From: an uncultured Bacteroidales bacterium
GTDB lineage: Bacteria; Bacteroidota; Bacteroidia; Bacteroidales; WCHB1-69
Assembly (NCBI GenBank): GCA_946413585.1
Contig: CAMKLG010000011.1
Span: forward strand, 1,717-65,716
Length of the DNA stretch: 64,000 nucleotides
Reading direction: 5' to 3'
The position numbers and the translations under genes are program-made. Of the stretch, positions 28,062-37,579 are shown piece by piece. Numbering within the stretch: the stretch's first letter is position 1; each line of letters opens with the position of its first letter. Below the pieces are notes generated by a model. It saw only the letters and a program-made list of their open reading frames with translations, ran no database searches and was not told the DNA's origin.

Positions 28062-29390
28062 TTAGTTGCCCAATGCCACCTGCGCCGCCAACATCTCCTC
28101 AACTTCATCCTTGCGGTAGTCGGATAACTTGATCGTATAGTACCGGTCGTAGTCTGGATGGAGGACGCAGAGAATCATGGAAGAAATCTTCATATTGTAT
28201 TGGTTCTCAAGGATGTACTTGTAGAAGCTTTGCTGGAGTTCGTAATGGTAATAGCTGGAGTTGTCAAGGTGAGAGAGGATGGAGAGGCCGCGTCCGATGC
28301 CGTACTTTTTGGGATAGCCGTCGATGATGAGGTGTTTGCTGCGCTTCCAATCAACCATCACGAAGTTGCCGTCGGGTTTGCGGAAAAGCGCATCCACAGT
28401 GCCCGCAATGCCGTATTGGGGCAGCGTGACAATCTTTTCGGCATCGTAGAATGACAGGCCGCGCTTCTGTATCTGTTCCTCATGAAATTTCAGAAACATC
28501 TGGAATTCTTTGAAGTCTTCGCGGTGTGGTTTGCCCTTCAGAAAATACTCGATTTGCTGGTGCATCTCGGTACCGCGCTCTGATGGCTCCAGCATTTTGC
28601 GGATTACTTCTTCGCGTGTCTTCCCTGACTCTTTCATAAACTTCTCAATATAAGCCTCTTCGTCAAAATAGGGGAAGAACTTTTCGATGAGGGTGGTCAC
28701 GGAAATATAGTCGGCGGTTCCAGTGGTGTTGCGCTGGTCGGCATAGGTGTGCGTCGCTTCGTTAAAGATGATTTGCGGTGCCTCGGCAGCTGTAAAATGC
28801 TTCTTTGCGATGCTTTGATGTAACGAATTCAGGTAATCTGGGCATCCAAAGGACTGTATTCCCAAATATTTTTCCCTATACAAATTACGTTCCTGTTCCA
28901 CGGCTTCCTTGAAAGTCCAACGTTTCTCGGGAACGACCCCGCTCGAGAATTCTACGGAGCTGTCTTGTAAGCAGTTGATGAGGTTCTTCAGTAATTGTAC
29001 GCAGGCTTCGGGTTGTGTGCGCACTTGCCGTTCTGTGAAGCGCACCACTGTCCAGCCGCAGCGGTTGAAGTATTCGTCGCGCACGTCATCTTTCCCTTCC
29101 ACGTAATGCAGCGGCACGCGATACCACCCATCGTAAGGAACGTCAATCTCCACATCCACGAAGATGCCGTTGCGCTCGTCCACCAGCGCCATCGCGGGTT
29201 CGTAAGGGATCGCGCGACAGGGCACGGGCAGGCACACGTCATGGTGCAGCAACGGTTTGAGGTCGCTGCTTGTCAACATGTTGAAAAAATATTCGTCGGA
29301 AAAACTGCGGATGTCGGAACGGCTAAATTGTGGCGGAATGACATCCGCGTTCTCTGTGGACCATGAAATGATTGGGTAACCTGTTTTCAT
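28062..29390 (-). CDS. two-domain nuclease-fold protein: DUF559/Vsr-like N-domain + PD-(D/E)XK exonuclease-like C-domain
   Basis: RDEYF..CGWTVVRFTERQV; SVTT, RGTEMH, AE, IAGTVD, VDWKRSK, YELQQSFYKYILE. Confidence 0.75.
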   Translation of the reverse strand: MKTGYPIISWSTENADVIPPQFSRSDIRSFSDEYFFNMLTSSDLKPLLHHDVCLPVPCRAIPYEPAMALVDERNGIFVDVEIDVPYDGWYRVPLHYVEGKDDVRDEYFNRCGWTVVRFTERQVRTQPEACVQLLKNLINCLQDSSVEFSSGVVPEKRWTFKEAVEQERNLYREKYLGIQSFGCPDYLNSLHQSIAKKHFTAAEAPQIIFNEATHTYADQRNTTGTADYISVTTLIEKFFPYFDEEAYIEKFMKESGKTREEVIRKMLEPSERGTEMHQQIEYFLKGKPHREDFKEFQMFLKFHEEQIQKRGLSFYDAEKIVTLPQYGIAGTVDALFRKPDGNFVMVDWKRSKHLIIDGYPKKYGIGRGLSILSHLDNSSYYHYELQQSFYKYILENQYNMKISSMILCVLHPDYDRYYTIKLSDYRKDEVEEMLAAQVALGN

Positions 29391-29401
29391 CGTTGTGTTC
29401 T

Positions 29402-29492
29402 CGTCATTCGTTTCCGTTATTTGTTCCCGTTATTTGTTCCCGTTATTCGTTTCCGTTATTTGTTCCCGTTATTCGTTTCCGTTATTTGTTCC
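29402..29492. repeat. 13-bp tandem repeat x7 (CGTTATTYGTTYC)
   Basis: Units cgttatttgttcc and cgttattcgtttc are directly visible. Confidence 0.9.
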
Positions 29493-29543
29493 CAGGGCTC
29501 GCTTCGCTCACCCTGGGCTTGCATAGGTCGGACTTTCAGTCCT
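29491..29543 (-). repeat. REP-like composite palindrome
   Basis: CCCAGGG...CCCTGGG plus GGACT-TTC-AGTCC hairpins. Confidence 0.6.
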
Positions 29544-29596
29544 TTTTGGAATATGTTCAAATATTTTTTTTTGGTACGTTAATCGTTAATCATCGA

Positions 29597-30067
29597 TCAT
29601 TTCTTCTCGAATTTCTCCAGCACAATACCGAAACTTTCAATGCCCTGCACTACGTCGTCGCGCATTCCTTGGGTGACCGTGAAGGTATATTCGCCTCGGT
29701 AGGGGAAACGGACTTTGGGCTGGAATAGGAATTTGTTATCTTTCAGGCGACCGTTGCCTTTGCCGGTCCATTTGCCGAATTTATCGCATAGGATGAATCC
29801 CAATGTGTCTTGTTCGCTGTGACCGTCAGGGTATTCCGTCTTCATGAAGACGTAGAAGTTCTGCGTTTCGAAGTCGGTGGTGTTTCTCAACAAGATGTAC
29901 ATGTTGAAATATTGCATTGAATCTTCAATGTTGACTTTGAATTGGAGCGGGTTGTCAATCGACCACTTCTCGTTGGGGAGCATGGTCACTTCCCCGTAAT
30001 ACTCGTTGCGGTTGCAGCTGCAGAAGAACAGTGCAAATAAGGAGGTAATGAGTAGGAATTTTTTCAT
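29597..30067 (-). CDS. gldH: gliding motility lipoprotein GldH
   Basis: Lipobox, LRNTTDF...N.Y, DTL...L.D..GKW.GKG, Y.F...QGMR; located next to the PSP1 gene as usual. Confidence 0.88.
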   Translation of the reverse strand: MKKFLLITSLFALFFCSCNRNEYYGEVTMLPNEKWSIDNPLQFKVNIEDSMQYFNMYILLRNTTDFETQNFYVFMKTEYPDGHSEQDTLGFILCDKFGKWTGKGNGRLKDNKFLFQPKVRFPYRGEYTFTVTQGMRDDVVQGIESFGIVLEKFEKK

Positions 30068-30073
30068 AATGGG

Positions 30074-31666
30074 TTAGGAATCAGCAATATGTTTCAATTC
30101 TTCGGCACTGACGTTGTTGTTCTCCTCCATCTTCTTTTGGTTGACGACGGCGAATTCCTCCAGATTGTCGGGCATCTTGCCTTGCTCGTTCATTTTGATG
30201 ATGTGTTTTACTTTCTCCAAAGGGATGGAGAAGATAGTAGAGGGGTCGTTATCGTAAGAGTACCATACGATTTTTTTGAAAATGTCGATTTTATTGTAGA
30301 TGCCCTTGCCTTTTTGGGTTTTGAGTACCACATTTGAGGCGGGAAATTCCTTAAGCTCGCGCTGGTAGGTTTCTTGCTCGAAGTTGAGGCAGCATTTGAG
30401 TTTGCCGCACATTCCGGCGAGCTTCTGTGGGTTGAGGGAGAGCTGTTGTGTGCGAGCGGTGTTGGTGGATACGGATTGGAAGTTGGTGAGCCACTGGGAA
30501 CAGCAGAGTTCGCGGCCGCAGGAACCTATGCCGCCTAATCGCGCTGCCTCTTGACGGACACCAATCTGCCGCATCTCGATACGGATGTGGAATTGTTCGG
30601 CTAAAATTTTGATGAGTTCGCGGAAATCGACGCGCTCTTCGGCCGAATAGTAGAATATGGCTTTCGTGCCATCCCCTTGATACTCGACGTCATTGACCTT
30701 CATCTTCAGATTGAGGTCCCAGGCGGTGTAACGGGAGGAGAGCATCGTGGCATATTCCTTATCCACAGTGGCGATCCACTCTTCGATGTCGGCGTAACGG
30801 GCGTGGCGGTAGAGTTTCTTGACCACGTCTTCGGGTTTCACGCGCTTGGCTTGCATTTGGCGCTGCACTTGCAACCCCAGCATGGAGATGATGCCGATGT
30901 CGTGGCCTGGGCTGGCTTCCACAGCCACGATGTCGCCTACGCGGAAGGTGATGTTCGGCGGGAGTAGGTAGAAATCCTTATGGCTGTTTTTGAAACGCAC
31001 CTCGGCGATGGGAAACTCCAGATGTTCGAGGCTGATATCCAAGTTGTCCATCCAGTTGACGGAGGGCAGTTTGCAAGAGCTGTATTGATATTGCTGACAA
31101 TGAGCATGTTCTGGATTTGGTAAGCCTTTGAGGCCCCGGGTGTGGAAGATGTTGGCCGCAATGGAGTCTGCTTCGTAGGAAACGCCCGTGCGAATGTCCA
31201 TGTCAAGGTAAGGTTCCCAATCCTCACCGGCGGGAACGTTGCTTTCCAAGTCCTGTTTATCGACTGTGGCAGTCTTTTTGCGCATCATATTGGTCACCTC
31301 TTCCAGCTCTTCAGCTGTCATGGTGTCGAAATATTCGCGGTCTTCCTCTTCTTCGCCTTCAGCGTGCACCAAACCGGGGTCTTTCAACAGCCGTTCTCCA
31401 CTCGCTTTTCCTCTCTTCCGGTTGTTGTCCTTGTCTTTACGTTCGCCGTTTTTGTTCCCATTGCCATTCTTGTTAGGATTTGGGTTGTTTCCGGCGTTAT
31501 TGTTTTTACCTGGGGTCTCCTGTTTGGGATCAGCGTCTGTTTTTTGTTCTTTTTTAGAATCAACAGGCTTTTTTTCAGCTATATCCTTAGGTTGATTGTT
31601 CTCTGTTTGAGGTTCAGAACCTTCTCTATTCTTATGATTTCTCCGTCTATTATTATCGTTTCTCAT
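30074..31666 (-). CDS. ricT: PSP1 domain / RicT (YaaT) protein with long disordered N-terminus
   Basis: EVRFKN, EYQGDGTKAIFYY.AEERVDFRELIK, GGIGSCGRELCC, KLAGMCGKLKCCLNFE. Confidence 0.88.
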   Translation of the reverse strand: MRNDNNRRRNHKNREGSEPQTENNQPKDIAEKKPVDSKKEQKTDADPKQETPGKNNNAGNNPNPNKNGNGNKNGERKDKDNNRKRGKASGERLLKDPGLVHAEGEEEEDREYFDTMTAEELEEVTNMMRKKTATVDKQDLESNVPAGEDWEPYLDMDIRTGVSYEADSIAANIFHTRGLKGLPNPEHAHCQQYQYSSCKLPSVNWMDNLDISLEHLEFPIAEVRFKNSHKDFYLLPPNITFRVGDIVAVEASPGHDIGIISMLGLQVQRQMQAKRVKPEDVVKKLYRHARYADIEEWIATVDKEYATMLSSRYTAWDLNLKMKVNDVEYQGDGTKAIFYYSAEERVDFRELIKILAEQFHIRIEMRQIGVRQEAARLGGIGSCGRELCCSQWLTNFQSVSTNTARTQQLSLNPQKLAGMCGKLKCCLNFEQETYQRELKEFPASNVVLKTQKGKGIYNKIDIFKKIVWYSYDNDPSTIFSIPLEKVKHIIKMNEQGKMPDNLEEFAVVNQKKMEENNNVSAEELKHIADS

Positions 31667-31685
31667 TGTTTAGTTTATTGGGGTG

Positions 31686-31693
31686 CAAAGATA
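31686..31693 (-). promoter_or_regulatory. -7 promoter element for ricT-gldH
   Basis: Reverse complement is TATCTTTG. Confidence 0.6.
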
Positions 31694-31759
31694 GTATTTT
31701 TTTTGTTTGGTAGGGAATAGGGAATAGGGAAGAGTCTAAGTTTAAGTCTGCTAATAGCT

Positions 31760-31796
31760 AAAAAAAAAGGCCACCTGATCGGCAGCCTTTTTTTTT
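31760..31796 (-). terminator. intrinsic terminator after secDF
   Basis: A-run-GGC...GCC-T-run hairpin just downstream of the stop at 31820. Confidence 0.65.
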
Positions 31797-31819
31797 GCTA
31801 TTAGAATAACCAAAAGTGA

Positions 31820-34800
31820 TTATTTCTTGTTGTCGTTGTTAACGGCAATCGCTTTTTTATCTTTTTTCAGTTTCAGCAAGTCGTATGCCAACGGGTTGGA
31901 CACGAAGATACCAGAGTAAGTACCGAACGCGATACCGATGAACATAGCGAAGATGAAACCGCGGATGACCTCACCACCGAAGATGAAGATCACGAGCAAT
32001 ACCACGAGGGTGGTGGCTGCGGTGTTCACGTTACGACCCAACGTGCCATTGATAGCGGCATTGAAGTTGTCGTAGTTGCTGCGTTTCGGATAGAGTGCCA
32101 AGTTCTCACGCACACGGTCGAAGATGACCACCACGTTGTTGATGGAGTAACCGATGACTGTCAGGATTGCGGCGATGAAGTTCTGGTCGATCTCCATGGT
32201 GAACGGCATGATCTTGTAAAGCAGTGAGAACATACCGATGGTCAGGAAGGAGTCGTGGAACAGGGCGAAGACACCTGCCATACCGAATTGCCAGTTGCGG
32301 AAGCGGATGGCGATGTAGATGAAGATCAACACCAGGGAAGCCAGCACTGCCCAGAAGGCGTTGCGCAGCAACTCGCGTGCCACGGTAGGTTGAATCTTCG
32401 ATGAAGATTGGATACCACGGACATCGTTGGTCAAGTGCGTGAAGTCGTATTCGGTGAGGTCTTGTTTTTCATAGAAGCCCTTCAAAGCGACGAACAATTT
32501 GTGTTCGCATTCAGCGTCGTCCTTAATATCGTTGCTCTCAATCTTGTAGTTGGTCACGATACGGACTTGGTTGTTGCTACCGAAGGTTTTCACCTCAGGA
32601 GAACCGCCGAATTCTTTGATGACAGCTTCACGGACATCTTTCGTCACCACATCCTTGTCGAAACGCACCACATAGCTACGGCCGCCGGTGAAGTCAACGC
32701 CGGGTTGCAAACCGATGGTGATGAAGGAGATGATAGAGACGACGATCAAAGTGCCGGAAAGAATGTAGAACACTTTTCTGGTCTTGAGGAAGTCGAAGTG
32801 AGTGTTGGTGAAGGCATTGATGGTAGCTGCGGTGCCAACGGAGAAGTCTTTACCTTTCTTCAAGCGAGCTTCGATGATCATGCGGGACACGAGGATAGCG
32901 GTGAACAGGGAGGACAAGATACCGATGATCAACGTGGTGGCGAAACCTTGAATAGGACCGGAACCGAAGATGTAAAGTACGATAGCGGTGATCAAGGTGG
33001 TGACGTTACCGTCGATGATAGCGGAGTAGGAATTCTTGAAACCTTCGTCAACGGCCACGCGGATGCCTTTGCCGGCGCGAACTTCCTCGCGCACGCGTTC
33101 ATATATAATAACGTTGGCGTCAACGGCCATACCCAATGTCAGGACGATACCGGCGATACCAGGCAGGGTAAGCACAGCACCCATAGATGCGAGGATACCG
33201 ATGATGAAGAACACGTTCAACAGCAGGGCGAGGTCAGCGACGAGACCGGCGCGGCTGTAGTACAAGAACATGTAGATGATGACCAAAATGAAGGCGCCGA
33301 GGAAAGAGAGCAAACCGGAGCGGATGGATTCCTTACCTAGGGTAGGACCCACGATTTCGGATTGGACGATGTTGACGCCAGCTTCCAGGTTACCGGAGTT
33401 CAGGACAGTGGCAAGGTCCTTAGCCTCTTCGATGGTGAAGTTACCAGAAATTTCAGAGTTGCCGTTCGGGATTTCGCCGCGCACGGAAGGTGCGGAATAG
33501 ACGAATTGGTCAAGCACGATGGCGATGCAGGTGGGGTTGTCGTTTGTACCCTTGGCAGCGGCCTCGCGGGTGATTTTGCGCCATTCGTCGGCAGCTTGGT
33601 CTTCCATGGACATGGTCACGACCACGCGGTTGTTTTGGTCAACATCCTGGCGGGCGGTGCGCACCACACGGTTGCCGTTGATGGTTTCGGAGCTCAACAG
33701 CGGTCCGATACGGTCGTTTTTCTTTTTCAAAGGATAGAGCGGGTATGCAGTACCTGCGTTGTTCAGTTTCTCAGGAGAACCCCAGTAGAAGACTACGTTC
33801 GGGTCGCCTAAAATCTTCTGAAGTTCAGGCAGCATTTGGTCAATCTTCGGCATGTCAGCCTCACGGAAGTAGGCGATGACATTGAAGCCGCCGGTGACTG
33901 CATGGCTGAGGATGGCACCCTCGCCAATTTCAGCGTCTTCCTCGTCTTCGTCTTCATCCTCATTAGCCTCCGTGTTGGCGGTGGCGAGGGTGGAGTCGAT
34001 GGCGAGAGCTGCGTCCAAAGTGGAATCCGCCGTGGTGGCCGGGGTCTCTTCTTTTTGGTTCTTCAGTTGCTCAGCCAGTTTGGCATCCGCTTCCATGAAG
34101 CGCATTTGGATGGATTTGCCGCCCACGATATCACGATAGACTTCCCAGAACTCCAGTTTAGCGGTGCTCTTCAAGAGGTCGGTGACGCGTTCGGGTTCCT
34201 TCACGCCAGGCAACTCCACGAGGATGCGGCCGCCTTGCAGCATTTGCAGGTTGGGCTGAGCCACACCGAAACGGTCGATACGAGTGCGCAGAATCTTGAA
34301 GGTACGATCGACGATTTCAGAGCTCTCCTTGCGGATGTAGGTGATGATTTGGTCGTCGGAAGCATTCTTCAAACCGGAGCGCTCGCCGAAATAGGTGCGC
34401 AGGTTGGCGTTGTTGAGGTTCAGCGCTTTCTTTTCAGCGTTGAAATTCTTCACGAAAATATCAATAAAGTCGCCGTTTACCGTCTTGGCGTATTCGACTT
34501 GAGCTTTCTCAAAAGCGTTTTTGAACAATTGGTCGTCAGTGTTGGATGCCAGGCTCTTCACAGCATCGGGCATGGAGATCTCCAACGTCACGTTCATACC
34601 GCCCTTCAGGTCCAAACCGAGGTTCAACTCTTTGTACTTACATTGTTTGTAAGTGTTTCCGAGATAGACGGATGAGTCGTTCATGTTGGTCAGATACTGA
34701 CGCGTACGGGCATCCACTAAGGAGTCCACCAAATGTTTCTCAAGCATAACGTCACCGTTTGCCATTTTCTTTACTTCTGCGATGGCTGTCGGATCGTTGG

Positions 34801-34915
34801 CGAACTTTTCGGCCTTCTTCTCCACTCTCCAGGAGGCAAAAGAGAAGGACAAACAGTAGATGCAGACCAGCGCAATGAGCACAGTAAAGAATAAAATCAG
34901 TCCTTTGTTTTTCAT
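31820..34915 (-). CDS. secDF: protein translocase subunit SecDF
   Basis: LGLDLKGG, RIDRFGV, GMAVDANVIIYERVREE, GVDFTGG, GYSINN.VVIFDRVRE. Confidence 0.97.
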   Translation of the reverse strand: MKNKGLILFFTVLIALVCIYCLSFSFASWRVEKKAEKFANDPTAIAEVKKMANGDVMLEKHLVDSLVDARTRQYLTNMNDSSVYLGNTYKQCKYKELNLGLDLKGGMNVTLEISMPDAVKSLASNTDDQLFKNAFEKAQVEYAKTVNGDFIDIFVKNFNAEKKALNLNNANLRTYFGERSGLKNASDDQIITYIRKESSEIVDRTFKILRTRIDRFGVAQPNLQMLQGGRILVELPGVKEPERVTDLLKSTAKLEFWEVYRDIVGGKSIQMRFMEADAKLAEQLKNQKEETPATTADSTLDAALAIDSTLATANTEANEDEDEDEEDAEIGEGAILSHAVTGGFNVIAYFREADMPKIDQMLPELQKILGDPNVVFYWGSPEKLNNAGTAYPLYPLKKKNDRIGPLLSSETINGNRVVRTARQDVDQNNRVVVTMSMEDQAADEWRKITREAAAKGTNDNPTCIAIVLDQFVYSAPSVRGEIPNGNSEISGNFTIEEAKDLATVLNSGNLEAGVNIVQSEIVGPTLGKESIRSGLLSFLGAFILVIIYMFLYYSRAGLVADLALLLNVFFIIGILASMGAVLTLPGIAGIVLTLGMAVDANVIIYERVREEVRAGKGIRVAVDEGFKNSYSAIIDGNVTTLITAIVLYIFGSGPIQGFATTLIIGILSSLFTAILVSRMIIEARLKKGKDFSVGTAATINAFTNTHFDFLKTRKVFYILSGTLIVVSIISFITIGLQPGVDFTGGRSYVVRFDKDVVTKDVREAVIKEFGGSPEVKTFGSNNQVRIVTNYKIESNDIKDDAECEHKLFVALKGFYEKQDLTEYDFTHLTNDVRGIQSSSKIQPTVARELLRNAFWAVLASLVLIFIYIAIRFRNWQFGMAGVFALFHDSFLTIGMFSLLYKIMPFTMEIDQNFIAAILTVIGYSINNVVVIFDRVRENLALYPKRSNYDNFNAAINGTLGRNVNTAATTLVVLLVIFIFGGEVIRGFIFAMFIGIAFGTYSGIFVSNPLAYDLLKLKKDKKAIAVNNDNKK

Positions 34916-34982
34916 CTTACTTTTATTAATTATTTGATTTATAAATATTTATAACTTTCTCAACCTAATTTTTTTAAGGTTG

Positions 34983-34990
34983 CAAATATA
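34983..34990 (-). promoter_or_regulatory. -7 promoter element for secDF
   Basis: Reverse complement is TATATTTG. Confidence 0.6.
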
Positions 34991-35040
34991 CACTTTTTAT
35001 AGTATGAAAAACGTCGGTTGAAAATTTGTTGATATTGTTT

Positions 35041-35127
35041 GGGTTTGGGGTTTTGAGTTTATGGTTTAGGGTTTATGGTTTAGGGTTTAGGGTTTAGGGT
35101 TTATGGTTTAGGGTTTATGGTTTAGGG
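35041..35127. repeat. heptamer tandem repeat (TTTAGGG/TTTATGG)
   Basis: Six TTTAGGG and four TTTATGG units plus degenerate units. Confidence 0.9.
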
Positions 35128-35145
35128 CGAATAGAAAAAAAATCG

Positions 35146-35153
35146 TATTTTTG
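35146..35153 (+). promoter_or_regulatory. -7 promoter element for ettA
   Basis: TATTTTTG. Confidence 0.6.
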
Positions 35154-35208
35154 CACCCTTCAAAATCTAATCTAATCTTATCCTCATCCTCATCTTCTCA
35201 TCTGCTCT

Positions 35209-35264
35209 CTAACCCTTAACCCTTAAACCTTCAACCTTAACCCTTAACCCTTCAACCTTCAACC
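35209..35264. repeat. C-rich heptamer repeat (AACCCTT) in the ettA leader
   Basis: taacccttaacccttaaaccttcaaccttaacccttaacccttcaaccttcaacc then aaaATG. Confidence 0.85.
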
Positions 35265-35267
35265 AAA

Positions 35268-36947
35268 ATGGCAGACGACAAAAAAATCATCTTCTCCATG
35301 GTGAACGTCAGTAAGACGTATCCGCCTCAAAAACAAGTGCTTAAGAATATTTATCTCTCCTTCTTCTACGGAGCGAAGATTGGTGTGCTCGGTCTTAACG
35401 GTGCCGGCAAATCCTCGCTGTTGAAGATTATCGCCGGACTGGACAAATCCTACCAGGGCGAGGTGGTCTTTTCTCCGGGTTATTCCGTGGGCTACCTTCC
35501 GCAGGAACCGCAAATCGATGATAATCTGACGGTTAAGGAGGTGGTGATGCAGGGCGTTCAACCCATCGTCGATATACTAAAAGAATATGAGGAGGTGAAC
35601 ATGAAGTTTTCGGAGCCGATGAGCGATGACGAAATGAACAAACTCATTGAGCGTCAGGGTGAACTCACCGACTTGATTGAACAGTATGATGCATGGGAGC
35701 TCGACTCGAAGCTGGAACGTGCCATGGACGCGCTGCGTTGTCCTGACGGCGATACGCCTGCCAAGAACCTCTCCGGCGGTGAACGTCGTCGCGTGGCTCT
35801 TTGCCGTCTTTTGCTCACGGAACCCGACATCCTTCTCTTGGATGAGCCCACCAACCATTTGGACGCTGAGTCAGTGGAGTGGCTAGAGGCTCATTTGCAG
35901 CAATATAAGGGTACTGTTATCGCTGTTACCCACGATCGTTATTTCCTCGATCATGTGGCGGGTTGGATTCTGGAACTCGACCGCGGCGAGGGTATTCCCT
36001 GGCAGGGCAACTACAGCTCGTGGTTGGAACAGAAGGCCAACCGATTGGCCATGGAGCAGAAACAGGAGAGCAAGCGCATGAAGACGCTGGAACGCGAGCT
36101 CGAGTGGGTGCGCATGGCTCCGAAGGCGCGTCACGCGAAGTCGAAAGCGCGTTTGAATGCTTACGACAAGCTGCTCAACGAGGACGTGAAACAGAAAGAG
36201 GAGCAGTTGCAGATTTACATTCCCAACGGACCGCGTTTGGGCAACAACGTCATAGAGGCGCAACACGTGCGTAAAGCATTCGGCGACAAGCTGTTATTTG
36301 ATGACTTGAACTTCAACCTGCCGCCCAATGGCATAGTGGGCGTTATCGGTCCGAACGGCGCGGGCAAGACCACCCTTTTCCGCCTCATCATGGGACTGGA
36401 ACAGCCCGACAGTGGCGACTTCAGGGTGGGGGAGACTGTGAAAGTGGGCTATGTGGACCAGCAACATACGGTTATTGACCCCGAGAAAACCGTTTGGGAG
36501 GTGGTTTCTGAGGGTAACGAGCAGATGATGATGGGCGGACGACTCATCAATTCGCGCGCATATCTGTCACGGTTCAATTTCGGCGGCACTGACCAAAACA
36601 AGAAGGCTGGAGTGCTGTCGGGCGGTGAGAGAAATCGTCTGCACTTGGCCCTCACACTCAAGTCGGAAGCCAACGTGTTGTTGTTGGACGAGCCGACTAA
36701 CGACATTGATGTCAATACGTTGCGTGCATTGGAAGAGGGCTTGGAGAATTTTGCGGGATGCGCGGTGGTGATCTCCCACGACCGTTGGTTCCTCGACCGC
36801 ATCTGCACGCATATCCTCGCTTTCGAAGGCGACTCACAGGTCTATTTCTTCGAGGGCAGCTACACTGAGTATGAGGAGAACAAGAAGATGCGTCTCGGCA
36901 ATGTGACACCGAAGAGGATTCGGTATAAGAAGATTACGGTGATTTAG
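35268..36947 (+). CDS. ettA: ABC-F energy-dependent translational throttle protein EttA
   Basis: IYLSFFYGAKIGVLGLNGAGKS, two NBDs, GEGIPWQGNYSSWLEQK, DRWFLDRICTHILAFEG. Confidence 0.96.
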   Translation: MADDKKIIFSMVNVSKTYPPQKQVLKNIYLSFFYGAKIGVLGLNGAGKSSLLKIIAGLDKSYQGEVVFSPGYSVGYLPQEPQIDDNLTVKEVVMQGVQPIVDILKEYEEVNMKFSEPMSDDEMNKLIERQGELTDLIEQYDAWELDSKLERAMDALRCPDGDTPAKNLSGGERRRVALCRLLLTEPDILLLDEPTNHLDAESVEWLEAHLQQYKGTVIAVTHDRYFLDHVAGWILELDRGEGIPWQGNYSSWLEQKANRLAMEQKQESKRMKTLERELEWVRMAPKARHAKSKARLNAYDKLLNEDVKQKEEQLQIYIPNGPRLGNNVIEAQHVRKAFGDKLLFDDLNFNLPPNGIVGVIGPNGAGKTTLFRLIMGLEQPDSGDFRVGETVKVGYVDQQHTVIDPEKTVWEVVSEGNEQMMMGGRLINSRAYLSRFNFGGTDQNKKAGVLSGGERNRLHLALTLKSEANVLLLDEPTNDIDVNTLRALEEGLENFAGCAVVISHDRWFLDRICTHILAFEGDSQVYFFEGSYTEYEENKKMRLGNVTPKRIRYKKITVI

Positions 36948-36970
36948 TGAAGTAGGGTTGAGGGACGAGG

Positions 36971-37046
36971 GAATAGTGAATAGTGAATAGTGAATAGTGA
37001 ATAGTGAATAGTGAGTAGTGAATAGGGAGTAGGGAGTAGGGAATAG
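36971..37046. repeat. heptamer tandem repeat (GAATAGT/GAGTAGG)
   Basis: About 11 units directly visible. Confidence 0.9.
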
Positions 37047-37141
37047 AGTGTAGGGATTTCATATTATGGCGTGTCAATAGGGATGATGGGTTGTATTGGA
37101 ATTTTGTGTATTTTTGCCGTTTGAAATAAATTAAGAAAAAT

Positions 37142-37537
37142 ATGAAAAATCGAAGATTTTGGATTGCTCTGTTGGCGTGTGCATGTGTGTTGTTTTACGC
37201 TTGTCAAAACAACAATAAGAAAAACACCCCGGAAGCTGTTACGGAAGCTTTTGTGAAAGCCTTTTACACTGCTGATTTCACGAATATGTACCAATATTCC
37301 ACGAAACAGTCTCAGATTGTGGTGAAAACTTTGCAGAACAGCATGAAAGACCAGTCGGCCCGACTTGAAGAGATGAACAAACGGGACGTGGAGTTTGTGG
37401 AGACCAAAATCACCACGCAGACGGATTCCACCGCTTTGTGTGATTGCTCTTTCAAGGTGGATGGGCAGGCCAAGAAGTCCCAATGGGAGTTGCTAAAGGA
37501 AAACGAAGAGTGGAAGGTGACCATGGTGTTGCCTTAA
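37142..37537 (+). CDS. lipoprotein, DUF4878/NTF2-like
   Basis: FYAC lipobox, TPEAVTEAFVKAFY..DF, L.KENEEWKV; TATTTTTG promoter element at 37109. Confidence 0.7.
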   Translation: MKNRRFWIALLACACVLFYACQNNNKKNTPEAVTEAFVKAFYTADFTNMYQYSTKQSQIVVKTLQNSMKDQSARLEEMNKRDVEFVETKITTQTDSTALCDCSFKVDGQAKKSQWELLKENEEWKVTMVLP

Positions 37538-37579
37538 ATTTTTGTAGAATAGTAAATTGTTAATTGTTAATTGAATAAC

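Noticed and set aside
29402-29492. CRISPR array next to a Cas4-like nuclease
   Set aside because: Units are contiguous 13-mers without spacers, and there are no cas genes.
35041-35127. Plant telomere contamination
   Set aside because: The array is degenerate, embedded between bacterial promoters, and related heptamers recur at several intergenic sites.
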